A stretch of 64,000 nucleotides of DNA from an archaeon (GCA_043814055.1 JBDRKL010000012.1:8596-72595); one strand, 5' to 3'. Shown: positions 10,350 through 21,201, counted from the first letter of the stretch. Numbers and translations are program-made. The notes: generated by a model from the letters alone, not told the origin.

Positions 10350-13269
10350 TGTCAAACCCAATGCTTATCTCCTTGTCCTCGAATTTGCACTCGCCGGAAA
10401 CTTTTGCTTTTACTGGTAGTTCGGCTATATCAATCTTTTCAGCGCCGACTTTCAGCACGATTTCCTCGCGGAACTTGTTCAGTGCCCTGCGTGCAAATTC
10501 GTCTGAACTGGAGAATGTGACGTTGATTTTCTCATCAACCTTGAATTCGTTCTTCTTTCGCAACACCTGGACTGCGCGCATTACCTCGCGGGCTAGCGCT
10601 TCTTCCAGAATTGCTGGGGTGAGCTCGTTGTCCAGCACGAGCTTGCCGAACTCAAATTCTTTTTCAATTCCTTTTGTGCTTCCTGCCTTGAGCTCTTTCA
10701 CATTTGCCTGTGTTTTTATGACTTGCTCAAATGTTTTCAAGGCCTTCTTGACTTTGTCATCACCTTCAACTGCTAGAGTCTTGAGCGGCCAGCGGAGTTT
10801 TACTTTTGCTTCCTCGCGGGCAAAGAATGATGCTTCCACAATGCTGCGCGCGATTTTCATTTCTTCCTCAAGCTTTGCGTCTATTTTCTTTGAGTCCGGT
10901 TTTGGCCAGCTGAGCATGTGGATTGATTCCGGAGCTTTCTTGTCCAAAGGTTTTACAATTGCCTGGTATAGTTCCTCTGTGAGTATTGGGAGGATTGGCG
11001 CGGCTAAAATAAGGTACTGCTTGAGCACGTCATACAAGACCTTGAAAGCTGTGAGCTTGTCCGAGCCCTTTGCCGAAACCCAGGTTCGGTCGCGTATTAA
11101 TTTAATATACCAGCGCGAGAGATCCTCAACCATAAAGTCGCGCAGGAGCGGCGGAGCGTCAGGGAATTCCATATCCTCAAACGCCTGCGTAACCTGCTGG
11201 TTTAGAGTATTTATTCTTGAGATTATCCACTTGTCCTCGGGCTTGAGCTTTTTCGTGTCAAGCTTGAACTCTTCTGGGTTGAAGCCTTCAACATCCATGT
11301 ATTTCGCGAACTGCGCAACGTTCCAGAGAATGTTCAACGCTTTGTAAGCCTCGTCCATGTCTTTCCAATTCACGCGCAGGTCTTCGCCAGACCGCGAAGC
11401 TCCGAGGCAGTAAAGCCTCCAGGCTTCTGAGCCGATTTTTTCAATTACTTCAGAAGGTTCAATTACATTGCCAAGTGATTTTGACATCTTCGCGCCTTTC
11501 TCGTCCGAGATAAAGCCGTGCATGTAAACGTTCTTGTAAGGAGTTACGCCGTGAGAGACCATTGAGAGGCAGAGCTGAGAGTTGAACCAGCCGCGGATTT
11601 GATCCTTTCCTTCTGTGATGAAATCTGCAGGCCAGAGCTTCTTGAACTCCGTTTCATCTTTTGGGAATCCGAGCGATGCCCAGGTCGCTGCGCCTGAGTC
11701 CAGCCACACGTCAAGAATGTCCGGGATTCTGCGCATTTCCTTGCCGCACTCTTCGCACTTGAATGTTACCTTGTCAACGTGAGGCCTGTGGAGCTCTTTC
11801 ACGTCTGCATTGAGCTCTGCGCGTGAGCCGATTACTTTCACGTGGTTGTTCTCACAGCGCCAAATTGGCAATGGAATGCCCCAGTATCGTTGTCTTGAAA
11901 TGCACCAGTCCTGAATGTTCTCAAGCCAGTCGCGGAACCATCGCTCGCCAGCCCAGTCCGGACTCCACTTGACTTTCTTGTTCTCCGCAATGAGCTTATC
12001 CTTCATTTTTGAAACGCCGAGATACCACTGCTCTGTGGCTCTGTAAATAATCGGAGACTTGCAGCGCCAGCAGTGCGCGTACTCGTGCGAAACAGGGGTT
12101 TTCATCGCGAGAATTCCTTTTTCCTTGAGAACGTCAATGAATTTCGTGTTGTCCTTGCTCGCGTTCCAGCCTTGGTATTTCCCGCCGAGCTCGTTGAAGT
12201 CCCCGTTCTCTTCAACAACTGTAAATGCTGGAATGTCCAATTTCCTGCCAACATCAAAGTCCTCTGCGCCGCAGCCAGGGGCTGTGTGCACGCAACCTGA
12301 GCCTGCGCTGAGAGTTACGAAACCGTAGAACATCTCGTCTGAGACCGGCTGGATTGTGTAGGCGTTCGGGTATTTCTTGTGCATTTCCTCATGGACTGGC
12401 ATGTCCCCTGCGAATGGGTTGACATATTCAATTCCTTTCAGTTCACTGCCTTTCAGGGTTTCAACAACCTCGTACTTCTTCTCCATCATACCCATCAATG
12501 CAATTACGAACGGCTTTGCAAGAATCCAATACTCGTCTCCGACTTTGATTTTTGCATAGTCAAAATCAGGGTGCACCGCGACCATCATATTCATCGGGAG
12601 CGTCCAAGGTGTGGTTGTCCAGATTAAAACATACTCGTTCTTTTTTCCGCGGAGCTGGAACTTGACGTAAACTGAAGAGTCTGTTACTGTTTCGTATTCA
12701 AGCTCGTGCTTCGCGAGCGCAGTTGCGCAGCGCCAGCACCAGGTGACTGAGCGCGGGCCTGTGAAGAGAAGACCTTTGTCATGTGCTTTTTTGAGCGCCC
12801 ACCAGGCGCCTTCAATATAGGAGTCGTCAATTGTGCGGTATGGCTTGTCCCAGTCCATCCACACGCCGAGCCGGGCGAACTGCTCATTCATCTTCGCGAG
12901 ATTGTCAAGCGCGAATTTCCTGCAGTTGTCAATGAACTTGTCCATGCCAACGCCGGTTTCAATTTCTTTCTTGTTCTTGATGCCCATCAGCTCTTCAACT
13001 TTCACTTCAATCGGTAGGCCGTGCATGTCGTAGCCCGGCTGGGACCTGACGCTGTAGCCCTGCATTCGCTTGTAGCGCAGAATTGAATCCTTGAGAACTT
13101 TGTTCCAGGCGGTTCCAAGGTGGATGTTCCCGGTTGTGTATGGCGGGCCATCGTTGAAGTACCATTTCTTGTCCTTCTCGTGGAGCTTCTGGACTTTTTC
13201 AAAAATTTTCCCGTCTTTCCAGTACTTGAGAATCTTTTCCTCGGTTTCCTGCGGCTTGAATTGTTCCAT
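10339..13269 (-). CDS. ileS: isoleucyl-tRNA synthetase
   Basis: 976 aa with class I motifs PPYTTGNIHLGTAWN (HIGH-type) and KGAKMSKSLGN (KMSKS), plus a CP1 editing-domain-sized insertion. Confidence 0.95.
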   Translation of the reverse strand: MEQFKPQETEEKILKYWKDGKIFEKVQKLHEKDKKWYFNDGPPYTTGNIHLGTAWNKVLKDSILRYKRMQGYSVRSQPGYDMHGLPIEVKVEELMGIKNKKEIETGVGMDKFIDNCRKFALDNLAKMNEQFARLGVWMDWDKPYRTIDDSYIEGAWWALKKAHDKGLLFTGPRSVTWCWRCATALAKHELEYETVTDSSVYVKFQLRGKKNEYVLIWTTTPWTLPMNMMVAVHPDFDYAKIKVGDEYWILAKPFVIALMGMMEKKYEVVETLKGSELKGIEYVNPFAGDMPVHEEMHKKYPNAYTIQPVSDEMFYGFVTLSAGSGCVHTAPGCGAEDFDVGRKLDIPAFTVVEENGDFNELGGKYQGWNASKDNTKFIDVLKEKGILAMKTPVSHEYAHCWRCKSPIIYRATEQWYLGVSKMKDKLIAENKKVKWSPDWAGERWFRDWLENIQDWCISRQRYWGIPLPIWRCENNHVKVIGSRAELNADVKELHRPHVDKVTFKCEECGKEMRRIPDILDVWLDSGAATWASLGFPKDETEFKKLWPADFITEGKDQIRGWFNSQLCLSMVSHGVTPYKNVYMHGFISDEKGAKMSKSLGNVIEPSEVIEKIGSEAWRLYCLGASRSGEDLRVNWKDMDEAYKALNILWNVAQFAKYMDVEGFNPEEFKLDTKKLKPEDKWIISRINTLNQQVTQAFEDMEFPDAPPLLRDFMVEDLSRWYIKLIRDRTWVSAKGSDKLTAFKVLYDVLKQYLILAAPILPILTEELYQAIVKPLDKKAPESIHMLSWPKPDSKKIDAKLEEEMKIARSIVEASFFAREEAKVKLRWPLKTLAVEGDDKVKKALKTFEQVIKTQANVKELKAGSTKGIEKEFEFGKLVLDNELTPAILEEALAREVMRAVQVLRKKNEFKVDEKINVTFSSSDEFARRALNKFREEIVLKVGAEKIDIAELPVKAKVSGECKFEDKEISIGFDKAK

Positions 13270-13441
13270 TTATTTGTCTCAGGTTTGGCGCGCTTTTATT
13301 TATACTCAACCGTGCCCCAGAAATTTTGAAAAAAGGAGCACAGTTTCCACTAAAACTATCGTATTATGATAATTTCAGAGTCTGTGTTCATTAGATTACA
13401 AATGGGCTCGGTGGTTTAAATAAGTTTCTTCAGCAGAGTAG

Positions 13442-14806
13442 CTATTTCCTATACCTAACTTTTATCTCAACGCTTTCAAAGAACTCATACCACTTGTAGA
13501 ATACAAAGCCGATTAGGATTAGAATTATGCCGCCTTCAATTACGAAGCGCTGAAGCTGCATTATTAGGAACAGGCACATGAATATTCCAAGCAGGGCAGT
13601 GACTGGAAACCTGCCGATGTTAAGCGGAGCTCTGAACTTGCCCTGATAATGGTGCGACTTGTACCTGAGCACGATGAGCGAGAGGTTCACCAAGATAAAA
13701 GTCACGAAGATTGTGAAGTTCGTGAGCTCTGCGATTAAGTTTAGGTCACCACCGAGCATGAAGAGGATTGAAATTATGAGTATACAGAGTATCGCAACCC
13801 AAGGAGTCCTGTGCTTGTTGTGAATTCTTGAAAGAACTGAAGGGAGTGAGCGGGCGTGACTCATTCCATAAGCGATTCGGGAAGTTGAGAGAAGGGTTAT
13901 GAGAACTGTGTTCGCGGTTGAGATTAATGCAACGATGCCGAGAACCAGAAATGCTTTGGTGCCAAGCACAGATGCCGCGACATCAGCAAGCGGAGCTTTT
14001 GATGCTGCCAGATTTTCCCAGCCCATAACGCTCACGGCAGAGATTCCTACAAAAATATAGAGGATTGTTGTAATTGCAATTGAGAGTAACAATGCCTGAG
14101 GAATTACTTTTTCAGGATTCTTGGTTTCCTCAGAAAGTTTTACAACGCTTTCAAAGCCGATGAATGCGAAGAAAATCAATGCCGCGGCGCTGAACACGCC
14201 GGGAAAGCCGTTCGGCATTTCAGTGTAGCTCACAGAGCCGATTGAGGTGAGAGCGAGCACGATGATTGCAATAAGACCGCCGACTTCTATGATTGTGAAA
14301 ATAACGTTGAGGTTTGCGGATTGTCTAACCCCAATGAAATTGACATATGACAAAATTGCGAGCATTGCAATTGCTGGTGCAAGAACCGGAGTTCCAAACA
14401 GGGCAGAGAAATAACTGCCGAACCCAATTGCAACCACTGCCGCAGAGATTATTCCTGCGCTTAAAATCAACCAGCCGACCAAGTGCGCGAGCTTTTTTCC
14501 GAACGCGTGTTCTGCGTAAACATACTCGCCCGCGTCTTTTGGGAAAATTGAGGAAAGTTCAGCGTAACTAAAAGCTGTGAATAATGCAACCACGGATGCG
14601 ATAAGGAATGAGAGCCAGACTGAGTTGCCTGCGAGTCCGGCTGCTGAGCCGATGAGAACGTAAATTCCAGCGCCTGAAATTATGCCAACCCCACAAGAGG
14701 TGGCTTGGAGCAAACCAAGGTCACGACGCAGCGTGATTTCTTTATGCTCACGCTTCCGCTTGTGGTGATGTTCTGGATGCGTTCTGATTCGTTTTGGGTG
14801 TGTCAT
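13442..14806 (-). CDS. APC-superfamily amino acid/polyamine permease
   Basis: 454 aa with ~12 TM segments and the N-terminal signature LGLLQATSCGVGIISGAGIYVLIG. Confidence 0.75.
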   Translation of the reverse strand: MTHPKRIRTHPEHHHKRKREHKEITLRRDLGLLQATSCGVGIISGAGIYVLIGSAAGLAGNSVWLSFLIASVVALFTAFSYAELSSIFPKDAGEYVYAEHAFGKKLAHLVGWLILSAGIISAAVVAIGFGSYFSALFGTPVLAPAIAMLAILSYVNFIGVRQSANLNVIFTIIEVGGLIAIIVLALTSIGSVSYTEMPNGFPGVFSAAALIFFAFIGFESVVKLSEETKNPEKVIPQALLLSIAITTILYIFVGISAVSVMGWENLAASKAPLADVAASVLGTKAFLVLGIVALISTANTVLITLLSTSRIAYGMSHARSLPSVLSRIHNKHRTPWVAILCILIISILFMLGGDLNLIAELTNFTIFVTFILVNLSLIVLRYKSHHYQGKFRAPLNIGRFPVTALLGIFMCLFLIMQLQRFVIEGGIILILIGFVFYKWYEFFESVEIKVRYRK

Positions 14807-14919
14807 TGATTAGAGTGTCATAGGCAGTTCTATTTAAGCATTTTGAAGTCTGCAGTCCGCAAACAGATAATATATTATATTCGTTTTGGTTTATTGTAGC
14901 ATCGCCTTAAGGCAGAAAA

Positions 14920-17607
14920 ATGGCTGAATATTATAGTTTAAGCGCATCAGAAGCAATCAAAACCCTGAAGAGCTCTGGGAAAGGTCTGACCAGCCAAGAG
15001 GCTAGAAAGCGGCTGGAAGAGTTTGGACCAAATGAGCTGAAAAAAGAGACTGGGGCAACTGTTTTGCACATTTTTTTGAACCAGTTCACAAACGCGCTTA
15101 TTTTATTGCTAGTATTTGCAGGCGTTCTGTCCCTGGCCTTGGGGGAGATGATAGAGGCAGTGGCAATTTTTATAATAATACTGCTCAACGCAGTTCTTGG
15201 GTTTTTTCAGGAGTACAGGGCGGAAAAATCAATTGAGACCCTTGAAAGGATGTCAGCCCCCACGGCAAGGGTTCTGCGCGACGGGAAAGAGCAGAAAATT
15301 CCGGCAAGGGAAGTCGTGCCAGGGGACATTCTTTTGCTTGAGGCAGGGGACATTGTTTCAGCGGAAACGCGGCTCGTGGAGGTTTCAAGCCTGCAGATAG
15401 ACGAGGCGTCGCTGACCGGGGAATCCGTACCATCAGCCAAAACCACGGAGCAGTTTGGGCCTGGCACTTCAGTGGCTGATCAGGAGAACATCGCCTTTAT
15501 GGGAACCACAGTAACGTATGGGAAGGGGAAAGGCATTGTAATCAGCACGGGCATGAAAACAGAGTTCGGAAAAATTGCCGCTTCCCTGCAGGAAACAAAA
15601 GAAACTGAAACCCCGCTGCAGAGGAAATTTTCAGAGCTCGCTAGGCAGATAGGCATCATAACAATCGTCCTTATTGCAATAGTTTTTGTCTCCGGCACAA
15701 TCCAGGGGACTTTGTCAGTTGCAAAAATGCTTTTGCTGGCTCTGGTGCTCACCGTGTCCACAATTCCAAATTCATTGCCTCTGGTTGTTACTGTCGGGCT
15801 GTCAATGGGGACAAACCGGCTGGCAAAGAAGAACATGCTCGTCAAGAAGCTTTCCGCAGCGGAAAGCCTAGGCGCGGCAACCATTATTTGCAGCGACAAG
15901 ACCGGGACTATAACGAAAAACCAGATGACCATAACGGAAATGTTTTACAGCGACCAACGAATCAAGGTGAGCGGGGCCGGCTATGAGCCAGAAGGTAGTT
16001 TTTACGCCAGAGGCAAAAGGATTGACCCTGAGCAGCTTGAACTGCCCCTGCGCATAGGCTGCTTGTGCAACAATGCAAAGCTGGTTGAAAAAAGCGGCGA
16101 GTGGGGGATTCTCGGTGACCCGACCGAGGGCGCCTTGGCAGTCCTTGGAAAAAAGGGAGGGCTTGAAGAGGATGAATTGCTCCGCAATTTCTCTTTTGTT
16201 ACAGAGCTGCCATTTGACTCGGACAGGAAAAAAATGTCCGTCATATTTAAAAATGAGGTCAGCAAGAAGACAGAGGTCTATGTTAAAGGAGCCCCTGACC
16301 TTCTTCTGGATTCGTGCAGCAGGATAATTGAGAACGGCAAAGTGAGGAAACTCACAAAGAGGGACAGGGAAAAAATTCTTGAGACGAACGATTCTTTTGC
16401 AGGAAGAGCGCTGCGGGTTCTTGCCCTTGCATACAGGGAGCTTCCAGCGTCCAGTAAGTACAGCATTGAAAGCGTGGAAAAGGACCTAATATTCGCCGGG
16501 CTTGTAGGCATGATTGACCCGCCGAGAGATGGGGTCAGGCAGGCGGTTAAGGAGTGCTGGGAGGCGGGGATAAAAGTTATGGTGATAACAGGGGACCATG
16601 CCCTAACGACCAAGGCAGTGGCCCAAAAAATCGGATTGTTCAGGCGCGGGGACATTGTGCTCACAGGGGACGAAGTTGAAAAAATGAGCGATGCCGAGCT
16701 TGAGGGAAAGATTGAAAAAGTCAGGATTATTGCCAGAGCCCTGCCCATCCAGAAATTAAGAATTGTTGACATCCTGCAAAAGGGTGGGCACATTGTGGCA
16801 ATGACAGGTGACGGGGTGAACGACGCGCCCGCCCTGAAGAAGGCCGACATTGGGATATCAATGGGCATCACTGGCACTGACGTGGCCAAGGAAGTTTCAA
16901 AAGCGATCCTTGTGGACGATAATTTTGCCACAATAGTGAACGCCATTGCAGAGGGGAGGAACATCTACAACACTTTAATCCGGTCTGCCAGGTTCTTCCT
17001 TTCATGCAACACAGGGGAGATAACTGCGGTGTTTGTTGCGATAATGCTTGCATTTCCGCTCCCCCTGCTGCCGCTGCAGATTCTGCTCATGAACATGCTT
17101 ACTGACAATTTCCCGGCTCTAGGTCTTGGGTTTGAGCCGAGAGAGGAGGGGATTATGAAACGGAAGCCAAGGGACCCAAAAGAGAAGCCGATTACGAGGA
17201 GAGTATTCCTGTCAATAATTATCTTTGGATTAATAATGGGGCTGGGAACTTTGTTCATGTTCGTGCAATACGTAGACATTCACCTGGGCAAAGCACAGAC
17301 AGTGGCGTTCACAACGCTTGTAATGTTCCAGATGTTTGCCGTAATGAGTAGCAGGACGCTGTACCCCTCAAGAAAGCACCTTAATCCTCTCTCAAACATG
17401 TGGCTGTTCAGCGCGGTTTGCCTGTCGCTAGTCATACAACTGGCGGTTATTTACTGGTCTCCGCTGCAGTTAATCTTCGGAACCGTCCCTCTGCTTGGGG
17501 TTGACTGGCTCAAAATCATCGGCATCTCAAGCATGGGATTCGTGATGATGGAGATAAGCAAGCTTTTTGTTGGGGAGAGCAAGCCTCAGGCGGTTTGCCT
17601 CGTGTAG
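14920..17607 (+). CDS. P-type cation-transporting ATPase (type II, Ca2+/cation-like)
   Basis: 895 aa with the phosphorylation motif CSDKTGTITKN, TGES, and the hinge MTGDGVNDAPALKKADIGISMG. Confidence 0.9.
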   Translation: MAEYYSLSASEAIKTLKSSGKGLTSQEARKRLEEFGPNELKKETGATVLHIFLNQFTNALILLLVFAGVLSLALGEMIEAVAIFIIILLNAVLGFFQEYRAEKSIETLERMSAPTARVLRDGKEQKIPAREVVPGDILLLEAGDIVSAETRLVEVSSLQIDEASLTGESVPSAKTTEQFGPGTSVADQENIAFMGTTVTYGKGKGIVISTGMKTEFGKIAASLQETKETETPLQRKFSELARQIGIITIVLIAIVFVSGTIQGTLSVAKMLLLALVLTVSTIPNSLPLVVTVGLSMGTNRLAKKNMLVKKLSAAESLGAATIICSDKTGTITKNQMTITEMFYSDQRIKVSGAGYEPEGSFYARGKRIDPEQLELPLRIGCLCNNAKLVEKSGEWGILGDPTEGALAVLGKKGGLEEDELLRNFSFVTELPFDSDRKKMSVIFKNEVSKKTEVYVKGAPDLLLDSCSRIIENGKVRKLTKRDREKILETNDSFAGRALRVLALAYRELPASSKYSIESVEKDLIFAGLVGMIDPPRDGVRQAVKECWEAGIKVMVITGDHALTTKAVAQKIGLFRRGDIVLTGDEVEKMSDAELEGKIEKVRIIARALPIQKLRIVDILQKGGHIVAMTGDGVNDAPALKKADIGISMGITGTDVAKEVSKAILVDDNFATIVNAIAEGRNIYNTLIRSARFFLSCNTGEITAVFVAIMLAFPLPLLPLQILLMNMLTDNFPALGLGFEPREEGIMKRKPRDPKEKPITRRVFLSIIIFGLIMGLGTLFMFVQYVDIHLGKAQTVAFTTLVMFQMFAVMSSRTLYPSRKHLNPLSNMWLFSAVCLSLVIQLAVIYWSPLQLIFGTVPLLGVDWLKIIGISSMGFVMMEISKLFVGESKPQAVCLV

Positions 17608-19508
17608 TTCAGCTTGCCACCAGCCAGGAGGATTTGCATGAACCTTTTGGTCAGGCTATGCCTAACCTTGATTGGCCCGCCGTTGTATTTTATTGTAAAC
17701 TCTGCACTACAGTTCTTCATATGCGCCTTGATGCCCAGGATTTCAATTTTGCCGCCCTGCTTTATTTTGTTGTAGTCAGATTTGTCCGCAAACTCCAGGG
17801 GAATTATGCCAAAGTTGATTAGGTTGTCCTTGTGGATTCGCGCAAAGGATTTTGCAATCACTGCCTTGACCCCTAAGTACATTGGAGCGAGGGCTGCGTG
17901 CTCCCTTGAGGAGCCCTGACCATAATTTTCTCCGCCGATTATGAAGCCGCCCTTGTTCTTCTTTGCGCGGTTCACAAATTCCGGGTCAACCTGCTCAAAT
18001 ACATAGTCTGAAATTGCAGGAAGGTTGCTGCGCAGAGGAAGAAGTTTTGCCCCTGCCGGCATTATGTGGTCTGTGGTTATGTCATCACCAACTTTTAGAA
18101 GGACTTTTCCTGTGAGCACTGCAGGGAGCGGGTTCATTTTTGGGAGAGGCTTGATGTTTGGGCCGCGGATTATTTTGATATTTGAATTGGATTTTGGCGG
18201 CTTGATTATCATTCTGTCATCGATTGTGAATTTTGCAGGCAGTTTTACATCAGGGCACTTGCCGAGCTTTCTCGGGTCTGTGATTTTTCCAGTTAATGCG
18301 CAGGCAACTGCAGTTTCAGGGCTGCACAGGTATGCTTTCGCGCTTTTTGTCCCGCATCGGCCCTCAAAGTTGCGGTTGAAAGTCCTGATTGTAACCGCGT
18401 TTGTTTGCGGTGCCTGGCCCATTCCAATGCAAGGCCCGCAGGCGCACTCCAGAACTCTTGCGCCTGATGCAATTATGTGGGAAAGTTCTCCTGTCTCAGC
18501 AAGTTCATTTAAGACTTGTTTGGAGCCTGGGCTGATTGTGAGTGAAACATCAGGGTGAACTGTTTTTCCTTTGAGCATTGCAGCAACTGTCTTGAGGTCT
18601 TTGAGCGATGAGTTTGTGCAGGAGCCAATGCAGACTTGCTGGACTGGGGTTCCTGCGACTTGGCTGACTTTCACAACATTGCCTGGGCTGTGCGGCTTTG
18701 CGATTAAAGGTTCAAGCTTACTGAGATTTATTTCAATTGTTTCATCGTATTTCACCCCAGAATCTGCGCTCAACGCCTGCCAGTCTTTTGCGCGACCCTG
18801 CGCAGTAAGGAATTTCTTTGTAATATTGTCTGAGGGGAAGATTGATGTGGTTGCTCCGGTCTCGGTGCCCATATTCGTGATTGTGCCGCGCTCAGGAACT
18901 GTGAGCGTTAAGATGCCTGGGCCGTAGTATTCCAATATTTTTCCAACTGCGCCTTTCACCCCGAGTTTTCTGAGCACTTCAAGTATCACATCTTTGGCTG
19001 CAACGCAGTTCGGGAGTTTTCCTGTGAGTTTTACCCCTACAATTTTTGGAACTTTCACGTAGAATTCCCCGCCGCCCATTGCAACTGCAACATCCAAACC
19101 TCCAGCGCCGATTGCGATTGAGCCAACTCCGCCTGCAGTTGGAGTGTGCGAGTCTGAGCCGAGGAGAGTTCTGCCAGGTCTTGCGAAGCGCTCAAGATGG
19201 AGCTGATGACAGATTCCGTTACCGGCTCTTGAGAGAAGAATTCCATACTTTTCGGCAATGCTCTGCAGGAACTTGTGGTCGTCCGCGTTGCGGAAGTCGC
19301 TCTGGAGCGTGTTGTGGTCAATGTAAGAAACCGAGAGCTCGGTCTTGACTTTCTTGACACCCATTGCCTCAAATTGGAGGTAGGCCATTGTGCCTGTTGC
19401 GTCCTGGGTGAGCGTTTGGTCTATCCGTATTGCAATCTCGCTGTCCGGCTCCCACTTGCCTTTCACTATGTGCTTTTCAAGGATTTTTTGAGCCAGGGAT
19501 TTTGCCAT
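17586..19508 (-). CDS. acn: aconitate hydratase (fused aconitase catalytic plus swivel domains)
   Basis: 640 aa with Fe-S ligand motifs IGSCTNSS and CGPCIGMG and a C-terminal swivel GENYGQGSSREHAA. Confidence 0.85.
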   Translation of the reverse strand: MAKSLAQKILEKHIVKGKWEPDSEIAIRIDQTLTQDATGTMAYLQFEAMGVKKVKTELSVSYIDHNTLQSDFRNADDHKFLQSIAEKYGILLSRAGNGICHQLHLERFARPGRTLLGSDSHTPTAGGVGSIAIGAGGLDVAVAMGGGEFYVKVPKIVGVKLTGKLPNCVAAKDVILEVLRKLGVKGAVGKILEYYGPGILTLTVPERGTITNMGTETGATTSIFPSDNITKKFLTAQGRAKDWQALSADSGVKYDETIEINLSKLEPLIAKPHSPGNVVKVSQVAGTPVQQVCIGSCTNSSLKDLKTVAAMLKGKTVHPDVSLTISPGSKQVLNELAETGELSHIIASGARVLECACGPCIGMGQAPQTNAVTIRTFNRNFEGRCGTKSAKAYLCSPETAVACALTGKITDPRKLGKCPDVKLPAKFTIDDRMIIKPPKSNSNIKIIRGPNIKPLPKMNPLPAVLTGKVLLKVGDDITTDHIMPAGAKLLPLRSNLPAISDYVFEQVDPEFVNRAKKNKGGFIIGGENYGQGSSREHAALAPMYLGVKAVIAKSFARIHKDNLINFGIIPLEFADKSDYNKIKQGGKIEILGIKAHMKNCSAEFTIKYNGGPIKVRHSLTKRFMQILLAGGKLNYTRQTA

Positions 19509-19543
19509 GCGTGATGTCCGTAAGATTTATTTATATATGTTAG

Positions 19544-19563
19544 TATGAAGCGTCAGCTTCATA
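19544..19563. promoter_or_regulatory. perfect inverted repeat TATGAAGCgtcaGCTTCATA in the divergent acn/regulator intergenic region
   Basis: An 8-bp arm, 4-nt spacer palindrome sits between two TATA-like boxes (TTTATTTATATAT and AAGTATATAAAGG). Candidate operator for the adjacent wHTH protein. Confidence 0.4.
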
Positions 19564-19612
19564 TGTGATGAGGTAAAAAAGTATATAAAGGAGAATTAAT
19601 ACCGCTATACAT

Positions 19613-19990
19613 ATGACAAAGGAAACGCTTTCAGTGCTGAGCGAGAAAGTCAGGGAAGAGGAAGACCCTGAGGTTTTGCTTAGCGAGATTTTTAAGTTCA
19701 TAAACCTGGAACCGGCGATGATTGCGATTTATTTCAAGCTGCTTCATTCTGAAAAAGCAATGACTGTTACCGATTTGAAGGGCGCGCTGACTTATTCCGA
19801 GCGGACGATTAGAAAGTATCTCAAGGACATGCTGGACACCGGGTACATCAAGCGGACCACTATTGAGGAGGAAAGACCGTGCTATGCGTACTTTGCGGTT
19901 TCCCCGAAGAAGGTTTGGCAGAAACTAGTAAGTGAAGTTAGAAAGGTGAGGAAAAGAGCTACAAAGGCATTTGGGAAATATAACGGTTAA
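19613..19990 (+). CDS. wHTH transcriptional regulator (TrmB/MarR-like)
   Basis: 125 aa with MTVTDLKGALTYSERTIRKYLKDMLDTGYIKR, a helix-turn-helix plus wing pattern. Confidence 0.55.
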   Translation: MTKETLSVLSEKVREEEDPEVLLSEIFKFINLEPAMIAIYFKLLHSEKAMTVTDLKGALTYSERTIRKYLKDMLDTGYIKRTTIEEERPCYAYFAVSPKKVWQKLVSEVRKVRKRATKAFGKYNG

Positions 19991-21201
19991 GCCTGGTATT
20001 TCTTAAACTTCTGCTCAAGTTTTGGGTCCTGCAAAGTGTTCATCACGTACTCTGCGAATTTTGCGCCTGTTGCTCCGGACTTGTGCCCGGTTACCTTGAG
20101 TTTTTTCTCATACTGCTCACAGATGTCAAGAGCCATGTCAAGTTTTTTGGATTTTTCCCCAAAGCCGATGTGGTTTAATAGCATTGCAGTTGCTTTCATC
20201 ATGCTTGATGGGTCTGCGTATTCGCCGCGGCCTTCCTCAACCATTCGCGGAGCGGTTCCGTGGATTGCCTCAAACATCGCGTACTGCTTTCCAATGTTCG
20301 CGCTGCCAGCGCTCCCGACCCCGCCCTGAATTTGCGCTGCCTCGTCCGTGATTATGTCGCCGTAAAGATTTGGAAGCACTACAACTTTGAATTCTTTCTG
20401 CCGCGCCGGGTCTATGAGCTTCGCAGTCATTATGTCTATGAACCAGTCGTCCCATTTTACCATAGGATAGTTCTTCGCGATGCGCTCTGCAGTGTCAAGG
20501 AACTTGCCGTCAGTTGCCTTGACCACGTTGGCTTTTGTCACAACGCTTACCTTGTTAATTTTATTTTTCTTTGCGTACTCAAATGCGAGCTTGATTATGC
20601 GCTCCGAGCCCTGGGTTGTGATTACCTTGAAGTCAATTGCAAGGTCCTTTGTTACATTGATTCCTTTGCTGCCGAGTATGTAAGCGCCTTCTGTGTTTTC
20701 CCTGAAGAATATCCAGTCAATTCCCTTGTCCGGAACGCTGATTGGCCGCACATTCGCGAACAGGTCAAGCTCGCGGCGCATTGCCACGTTCGCGCTTTCA
20801 ATGTTCGGCCACTTGTCGCCCTTCTTTGGCGTGAGTGTTGGGCCTTTGAGAATGATGTGGCAGGCTTTGAGCTGCTTGAGCACGTCGTCCGGGATTGCCT
20901 TTTTGGCTTTTGCGCGGTTTTCAATTGTGAGCCCGGTTATCTCGCGGATTTCAATCTTGCCGCTCTTTATTTCATCCGCGAGCAGGAATTCAAGAATTGT
21001 TCGCGCTGGCTTGCAGATGTACGGGCCGATTCCGTCTCCGCCTGCTATGCCGATTATGATTGGGTTAAGCTTGCTGTAGTCTGTCCACTTCTGCCCCTTC
21101 TTGAGCTTGTCAACTCGAGCGAGCTGTTCTTCAAGAACTTTTCCAAAATGGTTCTTCGCTTTTGTGATTGCTTGTTTATTCATCGTGCATGTATGCGACA
21201 T
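19987..21201 (-). CDS. icd: isocitrate dehydrogenase (isocitrate/isopropylmalate dehydrogenase family)
   Basis: 404 aa with NLYGDIITDEAAQIQGGVGSAGSANIG. An alternative start at 21183 (MNKQ...) would give an 8-nt overlap with the aclA stop. Confidence 0.85.
   Translation of the reverse strand: MSHTCTMNKQAITKAKNHFGKVLEEQLARVDKLKKGQKWTDYSKLNPIIIGIAGGDGIGPYICKPARTILEFLLADEIKSGKIEIREITGLTIENRAKAKKAIPDDVLKQLKACHIILKGPTLTPKKGDKWPNIESANVAMRRELDLFANVRPISVPDKGIDWIFFRENTEGAYILGSKGINVTKDLAIDFKVITTQGSERIIKLAFEYAKKNKINKVSVVTKANVVKATDGKFLDTAERIAKNYPMVKWDDWFIDIMTAKLIDPARQKEFKVVVLPNLYGDIITDEAAQIQGGVGSAGSANIGKQYAMFEAIHGTAPRMVEEGRGEYADPSSMMKATAMLLNHIGFGEKSKKLDMALDICEQYEKKLKVTGHKSGATGAKFAEYVMNTLQDPKLEQKFKKYQA

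Noticed and set aside
10349-11347. Long antisense ORFs: 332 aa opposite ileS, 324 aa (20260..21234) opposite icd, 252 aa (7254..8012) opposite rbr/fur, and 228 aa (16278..16964) opposite the ATPase.
   Set aside because: Each is antisense to a gene with unambiguous conserved motifs. The products are Ser/Leu/Phe-rich and low-complexity, with no SD. This is the typical shadow-ORF pattern.
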